The notes: generated from the sequence alone by a model not told the origin. A DNA stretch of 63,231 nucleotides, filler included, from Rhabdomonas costata (GCA_019059605.1; 18 parts of 18 records of this genome joined end to end with filler, not necessarily neighbours in it), one strand, 5' to 3'; positions 38,290 to 52,156 are shown, counted from the whole stretch's first letter. Translations and numbers: made by a program.

Positions 38290-38401
38290 CTTGCTTGGGG
38301 TGGTTGTGAAGGGAGATGGCAGAGCCCGAACTGGTGCTGCCTGGAGTCGCGAGCAGGTCCACCATCGTCTCATCGATGACGTGGACCCAGCAAATGTGCA
38401 C
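38290..38401 (-). CDS. Divergent kinesin motor-like exon
   Basis: AG/GT-bounded VHICWVHVIDETMVDLLATPG...ISLHNHPKQG resembles V.VSY.EIYNE.I.DLL...L.I.EHP..G. Neighbouring exons were not identified. Confidence 0.45.
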
Positions 38402-38790
38402 CTACGGTTGAGAATATACACAAAGGGGAAAAAGGTTGGAGAGAGGGAGTGGAAAAACATCTGCCCAGGATCCACGCCAAAAAAACGAGAAGCGGGCAAG
38501 GGAAAATGGAAGTGACCCACAGCAGGTAACGGCTACGCCTACACCCANNNNNNNNNNNNNNNNNNNNNNNNNNNNNNNNNNNNNNNNNNNNTTAATTAAT
38601 TAANNNNNNNNNNNNNNNNNNNNNNNNNNNNNNNNNNNNNNNNNNNNTCCTCGTCACCTTTTGGGGGGGGTTGCATGCAAGGCTATTCAAAGCAGTTCCA
38701 AACTCAATCCAGCCTCTGCTCTGCATACCACACAATTGTCAACAGGAGGCCACTAAGTTTATCAAGAAAAGTTGAATGCAAGGGTGAGAC

Positions 38791-40048
38791 CTGGATTGCT
38801 GAAACCGACGCAAACTACGAGGAATGCAGAGCCCCAGCGATCTCGGCAAAACCCGTGCTGCAGCAGTAACCGAACTTGAGAGAGTGTAAGATTTGAAACC
38901 AGAAGGCTCGCAAAACCCTGCAATCTGGGAAGCAAGCGATTGGGATAATCGGGGCAATGGTTAACGCGCGCCGCAGAGAGCGCTTCGAGCATTCGCTCTG
39001 ACAGCTGCGACGCAACGTCATTTGCCATGAAATCAGAGGACCGAGCCGTGACATGTCCCGAAAGCCAAAGCTCCACCACAGTTCGCAGCGCACTCGAGAG
39101 GACCTCGTCCATGGCCTGTTCTTCACCGGCACTGGTGGGGCACAAAACGGCGTGAAAAAACGAGTTGATTTCCAGCACCTAAAAGAAAATCAAAAATTCA
39201 TCCAGCAACGAGGTAGAGCAGCTTTTCCTATATAGCTACAGAAAGGACGGCAACCAAAAAAGTGACGTGGATACCGGCACTCCGGCCTCAGTCAACTTCA
39301 AGTATGGGCTTTCCACCGCAAGAAAGTCCTCATCAATGTCGAGCACATAGGCATCTCCGGGGTTGGTTGGAAGTCCACGTGACACAGCATTAGTCTCGGA
39401 AAAATGAGCAACCTCAGCACGAGGTCCACCTTCAGTGTTGCACATTGAGGACGCCACTACAGACTCCTCGCCAACGCTGTTAACTGCCAAGCACTCATTG
39501 GTGAGACTCTGTGTTTTCCAAAAAGCCTTGCACACACAAGGGGAGTTTTCCAGCGGTTTTGTTACACCATATCGATGTGCGTTTCGTGCGCTGCAGTTCA
39601 CCAAATGGGGAGCATCAGAGGGCCACCATGAGCGAGGGAGCCACCCTGGCCAAATCCACAAAACTCGCCGAACAACCCCAGCCAGTATAGTGCCCACTAA
39701 AAAGTCGTCGTTGCTGACCGCCAGTGTGGATGCCAGGGCCCGAGCATCGACATGACTTGAAGGCCATTTCATTTTTTGAAATCTTTCAGGGAGCAACCTT
39801 GGAAGGCCCAAGTCAGAGTGAGCATCAATGTGAAGCACCGTCTGAGGTAGATTTGGGCCCAGAGAGAGCCAGTACCTAACGACCTGATGATGCTCCTCGA
39901 CAATGACAATAGTGAGAGGTGCATCAACCGAAGAGCTCGCACCAATAAATCGGGGCAAGTAAGGGGCCAAACGAATGCCCTGGCTTAAGGCAACGACAAC
40001 AACCGACAGTGCCAGGAAATAAATTCCCCGGAGTCGAAATCTGACCAT
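38791..40048 (-). CDS. UPF0489 (C5orf22-like) protein with N-terminal signal or anchor (exons 40048-39275, 39178-38791; 3' incomplete)
   Basis: IVEEHHQV..YW, VLHIDAHSDL, SNDDFL...VLWIWP.W and YVLDIDEDFL are UPF0489 motifs. Hydrophobic stretch IYFLALSVVVVAL at the N-terminus. Confidence 0.85.
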
Positions 40049-41072
40049 CAACCAGAAAGGAGACAAAAAACACCCCCTGAAGCATCAAAGCAGAAACCAA
40101 AAGTGCAGATCACAACTGGAAGGGGTAGTCTGCCCCCCACCCTATCAAACCTTGTTGTTGTCACTCACTGGGCACAGCAATTATTCATCCTCCAGCAACA
40201 AATTCTCCACGCAGTTCTTAGGCTTTACTGTCAGCAGGTTGTTGGGCGTTTTTTTGCACATGCTTCAGTTTATTAGTCATAGGGTCTGTCCCCCCCTGGT
40301 GGCAGTGAGGTCAAACAGACGATGGGGTTTACTATCACCTTTAAAAGACGACAGTGACCAGAAAGAGTGGTTAGTGTTTGGTATCAACAATTTTCTGTGC
40401 ACTTGCGTCTTTTTTCCTGTCACTGTCGTGTTTTGGTTTCTCGTTGTTGAATGTTCAACCCAGCAAGTGTTGATTCGAAAATTACACCTCGTTTCGGGCC
40501 CCCCTGCCAACCTTCACTTAGAAACAGGACAGAAGTCATCTGGGAAACTAAAACAAGGGAAATAAAATTCAAGTTCAGAAATCATGTCGTTACAGATGGT
40601 AAACGGACTCACTTACGGCCACTAACTTCCACTAATAGTGACCTTGTCCTCACTATCCTCTCGCAATTATAAGCTTGTGTGCTGCGCGTCTGGGAGCCGT
40701 TGGAGCCTATAGAGGGTCCTCACCGCAAACCCGAGCTAATTCAGAATAACCGTCCCTCCTTGAAAACTTTGCTTGACTGGCCCACCCTGTCTTAGCACCT
40801 ATAATCTTGGGTTCCGCTGCGTTCCTCTGCTCAGGACAGCCTGGACCAGCAAAAAATAACGATGTGGGCGTGACAACGTTCACCTAAAGGCCACGCCACA
40901 ATGAAATTCTGGTCCGTGTAGCAGCTACAGGTTTCATGTACAAAAAAGAGCGCAGAGTTCAGTGAATTGCATTCAGGAAACTAATTTGGAACTGAATATG
41001 CGTAAAACGTATTTGCCAGTGTATTTGCTAGGTTTACTAATCAGACGCACCTGGTGAGGTTGACATCTGTGA

Positions 41073-41220
41073 ATGGCAGAGCTCCACATTGATGCACCTG
41101 CGTTTTGGAAAAAATTGAACAATTTAACTTCCCTATGGAAAGAGAGGCCCTTTTTGTTTTGTGAAGCAACCTGCTTGTGTTTTGCTATCGGTAAATGGGT
41201 GGAAGACGCTGCTTCTCAGC

Positions 41221-41262
<42 letters not shown>

Positions 41263-41604
41263 AAGGAAACTGGTATGCTAAAGATATTTTTGAATTGGAA
41301 TGTAAAAGGCCTTCCGGTGTACTCACTTTTTTTTACCTCCTCGGAGGTGAAGCTATGGACTCAGAGGAGTTGGACTTTTTTTTTGATAATTTCATGAAGC
41401 TTTTCAATGTGCAACGCCCATGAATACAAACGCTTTCATACCGTTTCTCCTTTTGCTTGGTTTCAGCTCCCAGCGCTGCAGGAACATCTTTTTGGTCTGG
41501 AGTTTCCGGAGACCATACTCTTGCTTTACCCGAAGAAGCTGCTTGTGTTTTCAAGTCCAAAGCGGTGCGGTGTGCTGAAGGAAATCTCGGTGGGCTGTCC
41601 TGAG
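41073..41604 (+). CDS. SPT16: FACT subunit SPT16-like N-terminal lobe (exons 41073-41222, 41467-41604), divergent
   Basis: MAELHIDAPAFWKKLNNLTSLWK...IGKWVED / ALQEHLFGLEFPETILLL matches ID...F..RL..L...W...G...ED / ALQ.WL.GYEFP.T. Confidence 0.75.
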
Positions 41605-42327
41605 GTGCGCTTGCGTTTGTCCAATCAGCTTTTCTTTCACCATTTTTTGCATGCAGGTTCTCGCGCGGATTCTCGTGCGTCATACGCTCTCCGGGGGGTG
41701 GCGGATGATGCGAGGCTTTTCTGCTGCATTGGTTGCCTCCGGTGATTGCATAAATGCAAAATGGCTTGGTGAGTTTCCATGCAGCAGCGCTCAGAGACTG
41801 AAAAGCTCGCACTACATTCATGCATGGACTCCATATTAATGTAAGGGATGCATCACAAACCCATGTACTGCTCTGACAAGATTGGAGTGTTGATGATGAA
41901 CCTCGGAAAATGACAACAGACGCCACCAGGCATTCGTAAACTGTGATAACGACATGTAACCAGCATCTTACACTGGCTGTCTTTCGGTGCTACCGACTCC
42001 AGGAACATCTGGGAGGGAGAAACAGGAAGCTAAAGTCAAGCGAATTCCCTGTTCCCAATGCTTTCAAAGACAACTATCGAGAGACTGAAACCGCTGGAGA
42101 ACTATTGAGCGCGACAATTGAATGATGGAAAAAGGGAGGGAACGAGGCAGGAAAATGGCCGGTCATTCAAATTATGAAACAAGGTAAACCAAACCCACAN
42201 NNNNNNNNNNNNNNNNNNNNNNNNNNNNNNNNNNNNNNNNNNNTTAATTAATTAANNNNNNNNNNNNNNNNNNNNNNNNNNNNNNNNNNNNNNNNNNNNG
42301 CGTGTTGGGAAATGGGTGACCCTATTT

Positions 42328-45300
42328 TGTACACACACAAGAACTGTACAAAATAGGGTCACCCATTTCCCGTCAGTATCGTATCATGCCCATATCCACC
42401 GCCTCAATGCGGTGGCTCTAGACACTCACTGTAACGCCTTCGCCGCCGCCACGTTGATGGGCTGTAGCACCGCTCTCATCTCCTTAGGCAAGCAGCCAGT
42501 TTTTCTTAGTTCTTTTTTCTTTTTTGCGCCAGGGCGTATTTTCCGCTCCTGTTTGCGCTTCTCGCCCGAGCTGCTACCCGTTTTCGGCAGCTCTTTGCCT
42601 ACTGTCGGTCTCGACACGTGGTTTGTGGCCTTTCCATTTGCGGTCTAGCAAATAACACGCCCAAGCTTGCTTCAGTTTTTACCTTGGTGTGTTACAGTGT
42701 GTCCGCATGGCTTCCGACCACGGCCTTCCGATGCTTTGGTTTAAGTGCACGGAATCTTCCCGGACAGGTTTTGTCTTCTTTGTCATAACCTGCTCCTAGC
42801 AGCGTTTTTACCCGACCGGTTTTGTGTGTGAGATCAACTATCAACCTGCGGGCCACCCAAAACAGTGGATACAAAGAGTTGTGCACAGGTGTTCCACTCT
42901 GTTCTTTTTTGCGTACGGCACCAGGTTCGCGCATCAATAATTTCTCTTTCAGATTCTTTTTGCATCCGGAAAAAACGTCGATCTACCGAGTCTAGGGTTT
43001 GTTGAAAAGTTACTTTCGACACGGACGCGCGCACAAATTGAGGCTCATTGCTCTCCGTTCTCCTTCTGTGGGTTTTTGGGCTTTCGGCTCTGTGAAGAGT
43101 ACTTAGGTTAGTATTGTGCCGCAAAAACATCGGCCGCGGGATGTGCAAACTCCAGGGCTAATTTATCCAGTCCAAGGACTGGATTTTCGCCGTGTGTTCT
43201 CCACAAGCCGCGTGGATATCTTCTTGTGTATCCAGCGTTCGTGCCCTACTGTTTCAAGCTTCCATGTCCATCTGTCTGTGGATGCTGCCGTCTGATTGGT
43301 AATAAAACCTATCGATTTTAGTGCGAAAGCCAATGGCATTGGACCCCAATCAAGCACAGCAGGGAGCATCACCAGGAAAGCCGTTCAAGCTTCCCGGCCT
43401 TCTCAGTCCATTTCCTCCACCGCCACCGCCTTTTCCTCGAAGGCTGCTACTTTGCCGCCCGGCAGCCGAGCCTCTGCCAATATTTTGTTCCTACCCTGCC
43501 CTGGGTTCTATCACCAGTAGCCGATGCCACGTGCGGCCGGCAACCATCAGCACAAAGACCGGGTTACAGCTCCAAAGCCGGAATCACAAAATCACATACA
43601 TCGCGGCAAAGTCCCCCGATCATTAGCCGCAACCGCAAATCCGCTGTCGCAGCGCACTACCTCGAAGCCTGAAGCAGGGAGCATCAAGCCCACTCCGGAA
43701 GCCACGCCTCAAGTTTAATATTGCCATCAGTGCATGTGGGTAGTTACGCAACTCAAAACCGCGCGTGCCATGCCGGAATGTTGCTTCCAGTAGCTCAACG
43801 CACCCCAGCAGCCACTTTGCTTCTGTTTCTGCCGGGATGGATCTGGTGTTCATACGTGCTCAATCTTGCACAAGGCAGTGCGCGGATTGGGCGCGGAAGT
43901 CCAGCGACAAAAGCTGTTCACAAAGGCGGGTCACGGCGGAGTAGATGGTCCACATGCCGAGAAGCAGCGCCACGTCATGAACACTACATATATCAAACTC
44001 AACATCACGTTCCAGACAAAACATCTCCGTCAGCCATTCCACACCGAGAACGTGTTTAAGTTTACGACAGAGCTCCTCACATCCAGCCCAACCACAACTG
44101 TCGCAAAAGCGCCAACCACCGCATCCAAGCCTTCCACCAAAATCTTCACCGTCGCCCACGCCACCACCATCCTCTTTGCGGTGACCTTCCCATCACGCAC
44201 TCTCCTCCAACACACCATCCATGGTATCTGACTCCGCCCCAGCCGCCGACACCATCCACTCGTCCAAATAATACCTTCTGTCACCTGCACAACATGACCG
44301 CGAACTAATATCCATGCCTCCGCCAACATATCTCGAGCCTCCTAGAAGATGTCATCCTTCTCCATAAACTGAACGGAGATGGACTGGGCCATCGCCGTCT
44401 TCATCTCCGGTAAAGTCTTCTTCCAAAATGTGTCCCGAGCGGAGACCTCCACTTGCAGGTACTTCTCCAGCTGCCACCTGGAATAGTGGATGCCCCCGCG
44501 CTGCGATCACACGACTACACTCTCCTCACCACTAAGATGTTCCTCCGTCATTAGTCCCACCGTGGAAACACCAGGCGCCGCTGATGTATGGCCGCTCTTG
44601 CGAGCGATGGTCACGGCAGTTGGAGACACAGTTCTCCGCCTCAACTGCGAATGGTGTCGAGGAGCCCACAGCTCCAACACGTCCTGTTGCTGCAGTGTGT
44701 TGAATGCACTGGCAACTTCCCTGTACTCCGCTGGCGAGGAAACTGCGCCTAAGGCCGAGGGCGCCCGTACGCTTTTGCGGAGCGGCGCTGCTGCCGCGGT
44801 CACCTGGATGCTGCTGTTCCAGCAGTTCCATCATTCAGTGTCTGCTGGCTTTGCCACTCATTTGGTTGTCTGCGACTTCTTTGCAACGCCAATTGCGTGT
44901 GCTGGGGCGCGGAGTGGAGTTGTTGCCCTTGATGTAGCGTTCTTGCTCCGCAGAGATTTCCTTGCGTTCTTATATCTCTTCTTTGGGTTTGTTTGCGCTT
45001 CTGCTGGCGCCGTTGCCGCGTGCCTGTGAGATGACTGTAGAGATACCATGAGCGCACTCCTCCGCGGTGGAACTGAGGTATGTGGATGATGGTGGGCTGC
45101 AGTTTGCTCATGCTGACGCGGGGGGGCTTTTTGTGGCTGCTGCTGGAGGCTCCGAGCAACACCTCTTTGTGGGCTCTGCGCTGGAAGGGTAACATTTGCA
45201 CGTCTATGGGATGTGTACTCCCCGAGAAGTCCACGGTTGGTTGCCCACGGCTGCAAGCTCTGATGGAGCAAACGGAACTGCGATACCACCGTCACCAGTG

Positions 45301-45701
45301 TCTTTACAAATACCGCTCCGCTGCTACCCAATTACTCCCACTCCGTGCTGGAAAGCGAGTATAGTTCCAGCTTATTGTCTTGCAGCAAGAGCCAGCGCCG
45401 ATCCCACGCTTCCCACATGACCTGACCGTTAGGTCTGCTGCGTTGCTGGCACTCATAGCAGCCACGCTGCAGCGAACAGCAAACAGCGCACTCTTTAGCT
45501 CCAACTCTCAGCCGAAAAAGCTTAGACTGCACCACCCGTAGAAGCCCACGCCACAGGTAATGCTGGAACTGCGGCGGTACTGCTGCTGCTGCCACAAATC
45601 ATCAAAGTGTTTCATGAGCATCTGGTTTCGTTCCCCTGTACACACACAAGAACTGTACAAAATAGGGTCACCCATTTCCCGTCAGTATCGTATCATGCCC
45701 A
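42328..45701. repeat. 65-bp direct repeat at both contig ends (42328-42392 and 45637-45701), period 3309 bp; 27-bp hairpin at 42307-42371
   Basis: tgtacacacacaagaactgtacaaaatagggtcacccatttcccgtcagtatcgtatcatgccca occurs identically at both ends. Confidence 0.95.
43700..44800 (-). mobile_element. Decayed non-LTR (LINE-type) reverse transcriptase remnant
   Basis: Ordered degenerate motifs: RAPSALG..PAEYR (KAPGPDG..AEFYK), AVTIARKSG..STVGLM (I.LIPK.G..RPISL), AWILVRGHVVQVTEG, VVAWATVKIL...VVNLNT (YADD...GL.VN) and TRGFELRN (GGLGL.N). Internal stops are present and the catalytic DD is lost. Confidence 0.5.
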
Positions 45702-46376
45702 CAACCCNNNNNNNNNNNNNNNNNNNNNNNNNNNNNNNNNNNNNNNNNNNNTTAATTAATTAANNNNNNNNNNNNNNNNNNNNNNNNNNNNNNNNNNNNN
45801 NNNNNNNTTGTGGTGGTCTCAGCTTCCCCCGACTCTCTCTTGCATCTCGCGGGAAGCTGAGACTACCGTCAAGTTTTTTACTAGCAAACCCATCATAGGG
45901 GTGGCGTCTCCCTCCGGGTCGCTTTTTTATCTTTCGTTGTCGCCAGTGCTGAGCTAAAGGGTGAGAGGGCCCTCAAAGGAGACTACCGTCAAGGTATTGC
46001 ATCGGATTAATAATGGATGAACTAACAAAGGGTCACGGAAGCAGCAGCAATTCTTCGCCGTGCAATGATCTCCACGCGACAGAAAAACCGTGAAGCACAA
46101 GAAAATTGGAAAGAGGCAGGAATCAAGTGTTTGGTGTCGTGTTTTGTCTCGATTTTTGAGCCAAATAAAGTATTACGGACAATGAAACTGTGCTGGGATG
46201 GGATCAACTCCGGATTTTTTTTGTTAAAATGGTAATGGAACGTTAAAACATGGGTCAAGCTGGGCCAAAAGGCAAAAATAATCTTTGACTGTTCAGCTTC
46301 GTCGATTATTTGTGCTGATTCATCATTGATACTATTTACGTAAGCTTTATTTGTGGTATGGTGGTGGGGCCACCAG

Positions 46377-48796
46377 GCCATCTCCGAGATGACTGCAATG
46401 TACACCTACGGGGTGAAGCGCTCCATCTTCACCTATATGTACGCCTCCCCTGTGGAGCAGGGCCGCCTGAGTGCGCTGAACCTGCCACCACCCGAGCCCC
46501 CTGCGGTTCCCCCGTTGGTGGGCACTGTGGAGATCCCCACGCACAACTTCCCCAGGGAGCGCCGGTACATCGCTGAGAACCTGTTCTTCACGCACTACCT
46601 GCTGTACGGAACGATCTACAGCATCGTCGGGCGATGGGAGGCCTTCGCGGAGAACCTCCTGGTGGACACGGACCTGGCCGAGATTAGCCTGCCCTGCGAG
46701 CTGGAGACCTTCCGGTCTCACCAGCTGGATATTGTCAGCAAGACCGTGGAGAAGCTGAAGAATGACTGGTGTGCTTGCCATTAAGCCTTCCTCATTCCTC
46801 ATTTATTAGGAGTTCGTTTTGCTGCGTTTGTGTTGGTTACTCTGTTGTGAGCCCGGAAAGGTTTCAGGGTATCAGGCGTGGAAAGCGATTAGGTTTGGAA
46901 TTCTGTGAATTATGTGCTATCAGCGCTTACACCACTTTTTCGGGTGCTTCCGCGTTTTCAGGTTTTTTTTCTTGAAACGAGCTGTAGATTCTACACGCAG
47001 CGGCTTTTGGTGACGTCGAAACTCTGTGGTGCAGTTCTGAGTTTCGCCTTTTTTGCCAGGTCGGTCAACATTACCGCGACGATCCAGAACGACCTGGATG
47101 ACCACTTTAACTTCTACGAGGACGACGTGGCGAGGTACCGGGCCAGCCGGATGTCCCGGTTTTTCCGTACCATCAATCTGATCATGTCCCACCAGCTCCG
47201 CAGCCTGATGACCCGCAGCCTGGACAGCTACATCCGCTTCATTGAGACCTACGACGTCCGCCAGGTGTCCCAATTGACACCTTGAGTGAAGTGGCGGAGC
47301 CACGGAGCACACACGCTGACCCACACACAGTCACCAGCACATACATGCACACTTTGGGCAAGGGTGGCATGCAAGCACACTTTGGAGTGCTTTTGGGATC
47401 CCAAACTTCCATTCCACCACACTATCGCACTCAGTGACTTTCCTGGAGGCCACAGGGCGAGTTTGGGTGACCCGAGAACTTCATGGATGCCTGTGAGTGT
47501 GAGGAGGGGGCTCACTCGAAACGCTGATGGACCCATGGATTCCATGTGCACAAAGCGCTCAATGGACTCTTCCGATATTGTGAAAGCAGTCTACTACTGG
47601 ACAAGTCGACCTCCGGATCACGGTCGCACATTGGTCCAAGTACATTGGGGCGTCCAAAGTCAGGCGCAACACCGAAACGATGTCCGCCAAAGGGCAGAAA
47701 TTGCCGAGAAAACGACAGCGAGCAAGCCGGTCCGGAAACGTTTGGGAAAAGAATTCCGTTGATGCTGAGCCCAATTGTTTTTTGTCAGGACACTATTGTG
47801 GACCTGGTGAAGGCCGCGACCTCGCTGAGCGGTAACGTTCCTCTGTTTGTGATCAAGCTTTGCGGGCACGGTTCGAAGATCGCGTTCGAGCCGCTGCTGG
47901 AGGAGGTCGTGGAGGTGGTGCAGGGAGTGTTCAACAACATCTTCGCATACACCGATGACATCCCTGGGGTGGGGGACAAGCTCTTCCCGCTGCTCAACCT
48001 GGGTGACTTCCACCTTCGGACGATCCAGCCCGACGAGGACATTGTGTTCCAGGGCAAGCGCATCATCGATGGCGTGCTGACCCGAAACATGGAGGTTGTT
48101 GCGTTGCACGCCTCTCGCCTCCCGCTCTGTGCTGCAATGACGTGTTTGTATGGATTTGTTTGGTTTTGGGGAAGTGCTTTCTCCGATGCCTCCTCCGATG
48201 TTGATGGTTTGATGCGATGCGGTTCAGGACTGTTTTGTCCCTAAACACCACCCTTTACAGTCGTGAAATTGCTTACCTCAACGCTCACCTCTTAGCTGGG
48301 AGGGCTTCCTCGAGCCCTCCCTGGCTGTCTTCAGTTGCCATTTTTTCTATGTCGGTTGAATAAGCGTGACCTTATACATGACCATATTCGTTGTCTTTTG
48401 TTTGGGGGTGTCGTCGGATCCAAGGTCGCAGTGACTTGAGGACCAGGGGTGCGATGACCCAAAGCGAGTTTTCAAAAAAAAATGAAAAAATGAAGCCACC
48501 GATTAAACATGTTCGCGCTATGCCAGCAAAAGAAAACTATACAGCGAAGGGGCCGCAATGTCAAAAAAAAACACTGAAGAACTGAAAAGCAGCTGAACCT
48601 CTGGACCTCGTCGGAGGAGGTGGGAGAGGGTTCACAAGTCGCCGGAGGAACGCGTTGCTCCACCGTTCTGCCGCAGGGCCCGACTGCACTTAAAGCGCTG
48701 TACGATGACTTTGCGTATATTTCGGAGACGGACATCGCCACCTTCGTGGAAGAGTTCGTGGCGCGCGACCCCTCGCTGGAGGACTACAGCAACGAG
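46377..48796 (+). CDS. Axonemal inner-arm (single-headed type) dynein heavy chain, tail region (exons 46377-46768, 47060-47264, 47789-48094, 48677-48796)
   Basis: KRSIFTYM..SPVEQGRL, LPCELETFRSHQ...LKNDW, FNFYE...Y.ASRMSRFF..INLIMSHQLRSL, PLFVIKL..IAFEPLL and DPSLEDY. GT-AG junctions are in phase. Confidence 0.8.
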
Positions 48797-49009
48797 GTGC
48801 GGAACAAACCACGCCACTGTTCTGATTTCCGGATTCTGAAGGATCAAGATGCTTTTTCTTTGACTTTGTGCTTGACGTGGTGACCCAATGATTTTTTATT
48901 GAAATTCAAATTTGACTTTTTTTCGTAAGTTTTAAATTATTCGGTTGCATGATATGCGGGGTGAAGTTAACTTTCCTGCGATATGTGCATTTAATGGCAA
49001 GTAAGGGGA

Positions 49010-49202
49010 TAATTATCATCATCAGTTCTCAAATTGGAGAGGGAACATCGTAGAATCGTGAAATCTACAAGTTTCAATATGTTTGCTGAAGCGGTTCAAC
49101 CTGGAGAAGAAGTTGAGCCGCTTCAGCAAACATATTGAAACTTGTAGATTTCACGATTCTACGATGTTCCCTCTCCAATTTGAGAACTGATGATGATAAT
49201 TA
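49010..49202. repeat. Terminal fold-back inverted repeat (91-bp arms, 11-nt loop)
   Basis: 49010-49100 is the reverse complement of 49112-49202 with 1 mismatch, at the contig end. Confidence 0.95.
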
Positions 49203-50055
49203 CCCCCAACANNNNNNNNNNNNNNNNNNNNNNNNNNNNNNNNNNNNNNNNNNNNTTAATTAATTAANNNNNNNNNNNNNNNNNNNNNNNNNNNNNNNNN
49301 NNNNNNNNNNNGTGGTGGGTGTGTTTGGGTTTGGGGGGAAACGGAAGAGAAACGGGGCGCGATACTTCGAGCAAGAAGTTTCCCCTGAGCTTGGGGAGAG
49401 CTTGCGCTTCCGCACCAGGGCCTTCTTTCGCTTCGGCATCACAGAATGCGAAACAGAGTCCATAATGAGAAACCAGAGAAGACGGAAACGGGAAACTGCA
49501 AGTGGAAACGGGGAAGACCCCTCGAACCATTTCAGCAAGCAACAGGCCATTATTACAAACAACAGAGGAGGAACTTTGGCACCATACGGTAGCCATCCTG
49601 TAGAATGTTCCCAGTGCTTGTCAATACGTCCTATGGCTTCATTTGAGATGCCTCCATTCAGTAATACCAGTGGTAGTTTTGTCCAAACCGAAAGCACTTC
49701 AACAAGCCAAGCTTTCTTCCTCCACATAGGAACCACACTTCTCACCTAGGCTCAGGAAGTCAGAAGGAGTCATTCAACCCCCCCGCGCGTTTTTTGTTTT
49801 GTTTCATTTCCAAGAGGATCCCCGACTTTTGCCCAACTCGTACATAATGCCTGACTTGGTGGAGGTGCACGGCAGAACACGAAGAGGAATCAGGACAGCG
49901 GTGCAAGGTGTTTGTTCATGCATGTCATGCAACACATACAGCACAAAAGGCGTAACAAGGGGACTGTTGTCCTATGAAGGGCACGTTGGAAGGCACCCAA
50001 ATCAGCTCTCCATAGAGGATCCCGAGGGCACGACATGGGACTGATAATGCCCCAC

Positions 50056-52156
50056 GCTGAGAGCACCAGCGGCATGGCTGAGGGCCTCCTGAAGCCTGCG
50101 GCTCCACACCTCTGACTTCAGAGTGATCCCGGTGAGGCATCCTGCATGACAGTGGAGAGGAAGGGAGGAGCATAACGATTGCCATGAGACACAATGTCCC
50201 TTTTGACTTAACGTAATGAGTTGACACACATACACAATGGAAAAGTGAATGTACGCACGATCTCGATGGACGGAGAGCGGAGCGTTAGCTAACGATTTTA
50301 AACTGCACATTGTTACGCTGATGAAATCGGCGTGTCAGCGGCATCATCGGGACTGGGTTCCCGGAGCACACAGGAAACGAAAGGAAAGGGATACCTGGGA
50401 TGACAGGGGTGTTCAGGATGGGCAGGAAGAGCCCCTGGGCGGCCAGGCCCTGCAGCTCGGCGAACAGCACCTGCTGCTGGCTCCGCTCGTTCTTGAGGTA
50501 GGCCTCCGCTCGAACAAGCTTCGCCTTGGGGAGGAGAGAAGAGGATAGCTTGCACTTGGGGAGGGCATCGTCTCATATCATGAAGAAAGGCGCCCACCCC
50601 TACGCCATGTTATGACTTTTAGAGCTTCTTCGACCAAGGCAGATTTCGGCCGCCTAAAATGTCCACTAACTTTCAACTGGTATGCATGAAATATCCTTAC
50701 TCTGGTGAGTGAGTCAGTGAGTTAGTGAAGAAGTGAGTGTATGCCATATTGTGACTTCATGTTTCCTGACATTGTTATCAATAACAGTGAAACGTTGTAA
50801 CTGAGACCGAAGCAGTACAGTACCCACCTGCACACAGCAACAAATCATGGCGCACCAAGGAATGTGTGTGTGTGTGTGTGGGATCAAAGCTTAAGATCAA
50901 GCTAGATGAGCTCTGCTGGAACGAGAACAGACAACTCTCAAGGGGGTCGGGAACCGCGTCAGACCTCAGATTTTGCAGGCAAGGCGGAGAAGAAGCCCTT
51001 CTTGCCAGGCTGCAGGGGGTAGCTGACGTACCCGTCCGCGGCCATTTCTGACTGCAGGGTCCCAAGGGAGGGGAGGTGACTGCACAGAGGGTAGTCGTAC
51101 AGCCGCAGCGGCAGAACTTGGTTCAGTGCGGACATCGACAGCTGTTGGAAAAACCGAACCAACAGACGCGATAAAGACTGGATGCATTCCCCTTGCCCCG
51201 CACCATCCAGCACGCACATACGCACATCTTTTTTATATCGCGGTATTTGTCGAACTTATGACGCTCTTATTTGGTGTGCCTTTTTTCCTGTAAAATGAGA
51301 CACTTCAGGACTCACTAGAGGTTTTTCGGGGGATAAATTTACACTGTGCTGCAAAATGGCGGTGACCTCTCATTGTTCTGTTAAGCATCTTACCAAAACA
51401 TTGTCAATCAAGCTCGTTGGTATCGCAAAGCACCTGAACTTCGCCCGTATTTGATATTAGTCTCTTTTCAAGCCATTTTTCATAATTTTCCAGGGAGAAA
51501 CTGGTGTTTGGTGTACACTACACTTGTCACAATAATACTTTTTGAGTTCGCCATATAAAAGTGTCCACCGCGATACTTTTTCCAGCCAAAATGTGGGCCC
51601 ATCATTGAGGTGGTGACTCCCCTCCGGGCCTTTCGTTTTTTATCACCATCTCTGAGCCTATAACCACAAGAGAGAGAGAAAGAGAGAGGCGCACATCCAG
51701 CATAGATACACTGCCCCAGACCTGGTGGTTATCGGCCAGCATCTTGAGGAGGTAGTTCATGCTGTGGAAGAAAACAACAACAGCAAACCCCTGAAAACAA
51801 CCAGGGAGGGGAGGACGCGAAAACCAAAAGGAGGGGTGGCGCGGGTCTTCAAGTGAACCTTCGCAAGCGGACCACCCAGTCGAAAGAAAAAAAGCCAAAA
51901 AGGAGGGACGGAATTAAGTTCTCGCATCCATCTCTCACTTTCTTCTCCACCCCTTCCGCTCCGAAGCACACCCTTGGTACATAAAGGGGTACGGCCGGGT
52001 CAGCTGCTCCCTCCATTGGTCGATCAGCTCCACGGTGCGGAGCCCCAGCCGCTGCAGCGCGTGCAGCAGCCGCACTGCCTTGCGCTGGAACGCCGCTGTG
52101 CCCACCTCCCCGCTGGAGTACTCCTCCGCCACAGCAAAAAGGCACAGCAGCACCAC
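50056..52156 (-). CDS. Conserved-looking hypothetical protein (exons 52156-51972, 51761-51722, 51141-50965, 50524-50395, 50141-~50056)
   Basis: In-phase GT-AG exons give TVELIDQWREQLTRPYPFMYQG/MNYLLKMLAD, a VE.I..WR...PF...G.NYLLKM..D pattern I recall from uncharacterised protist proteins. Confidence 0.7.
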
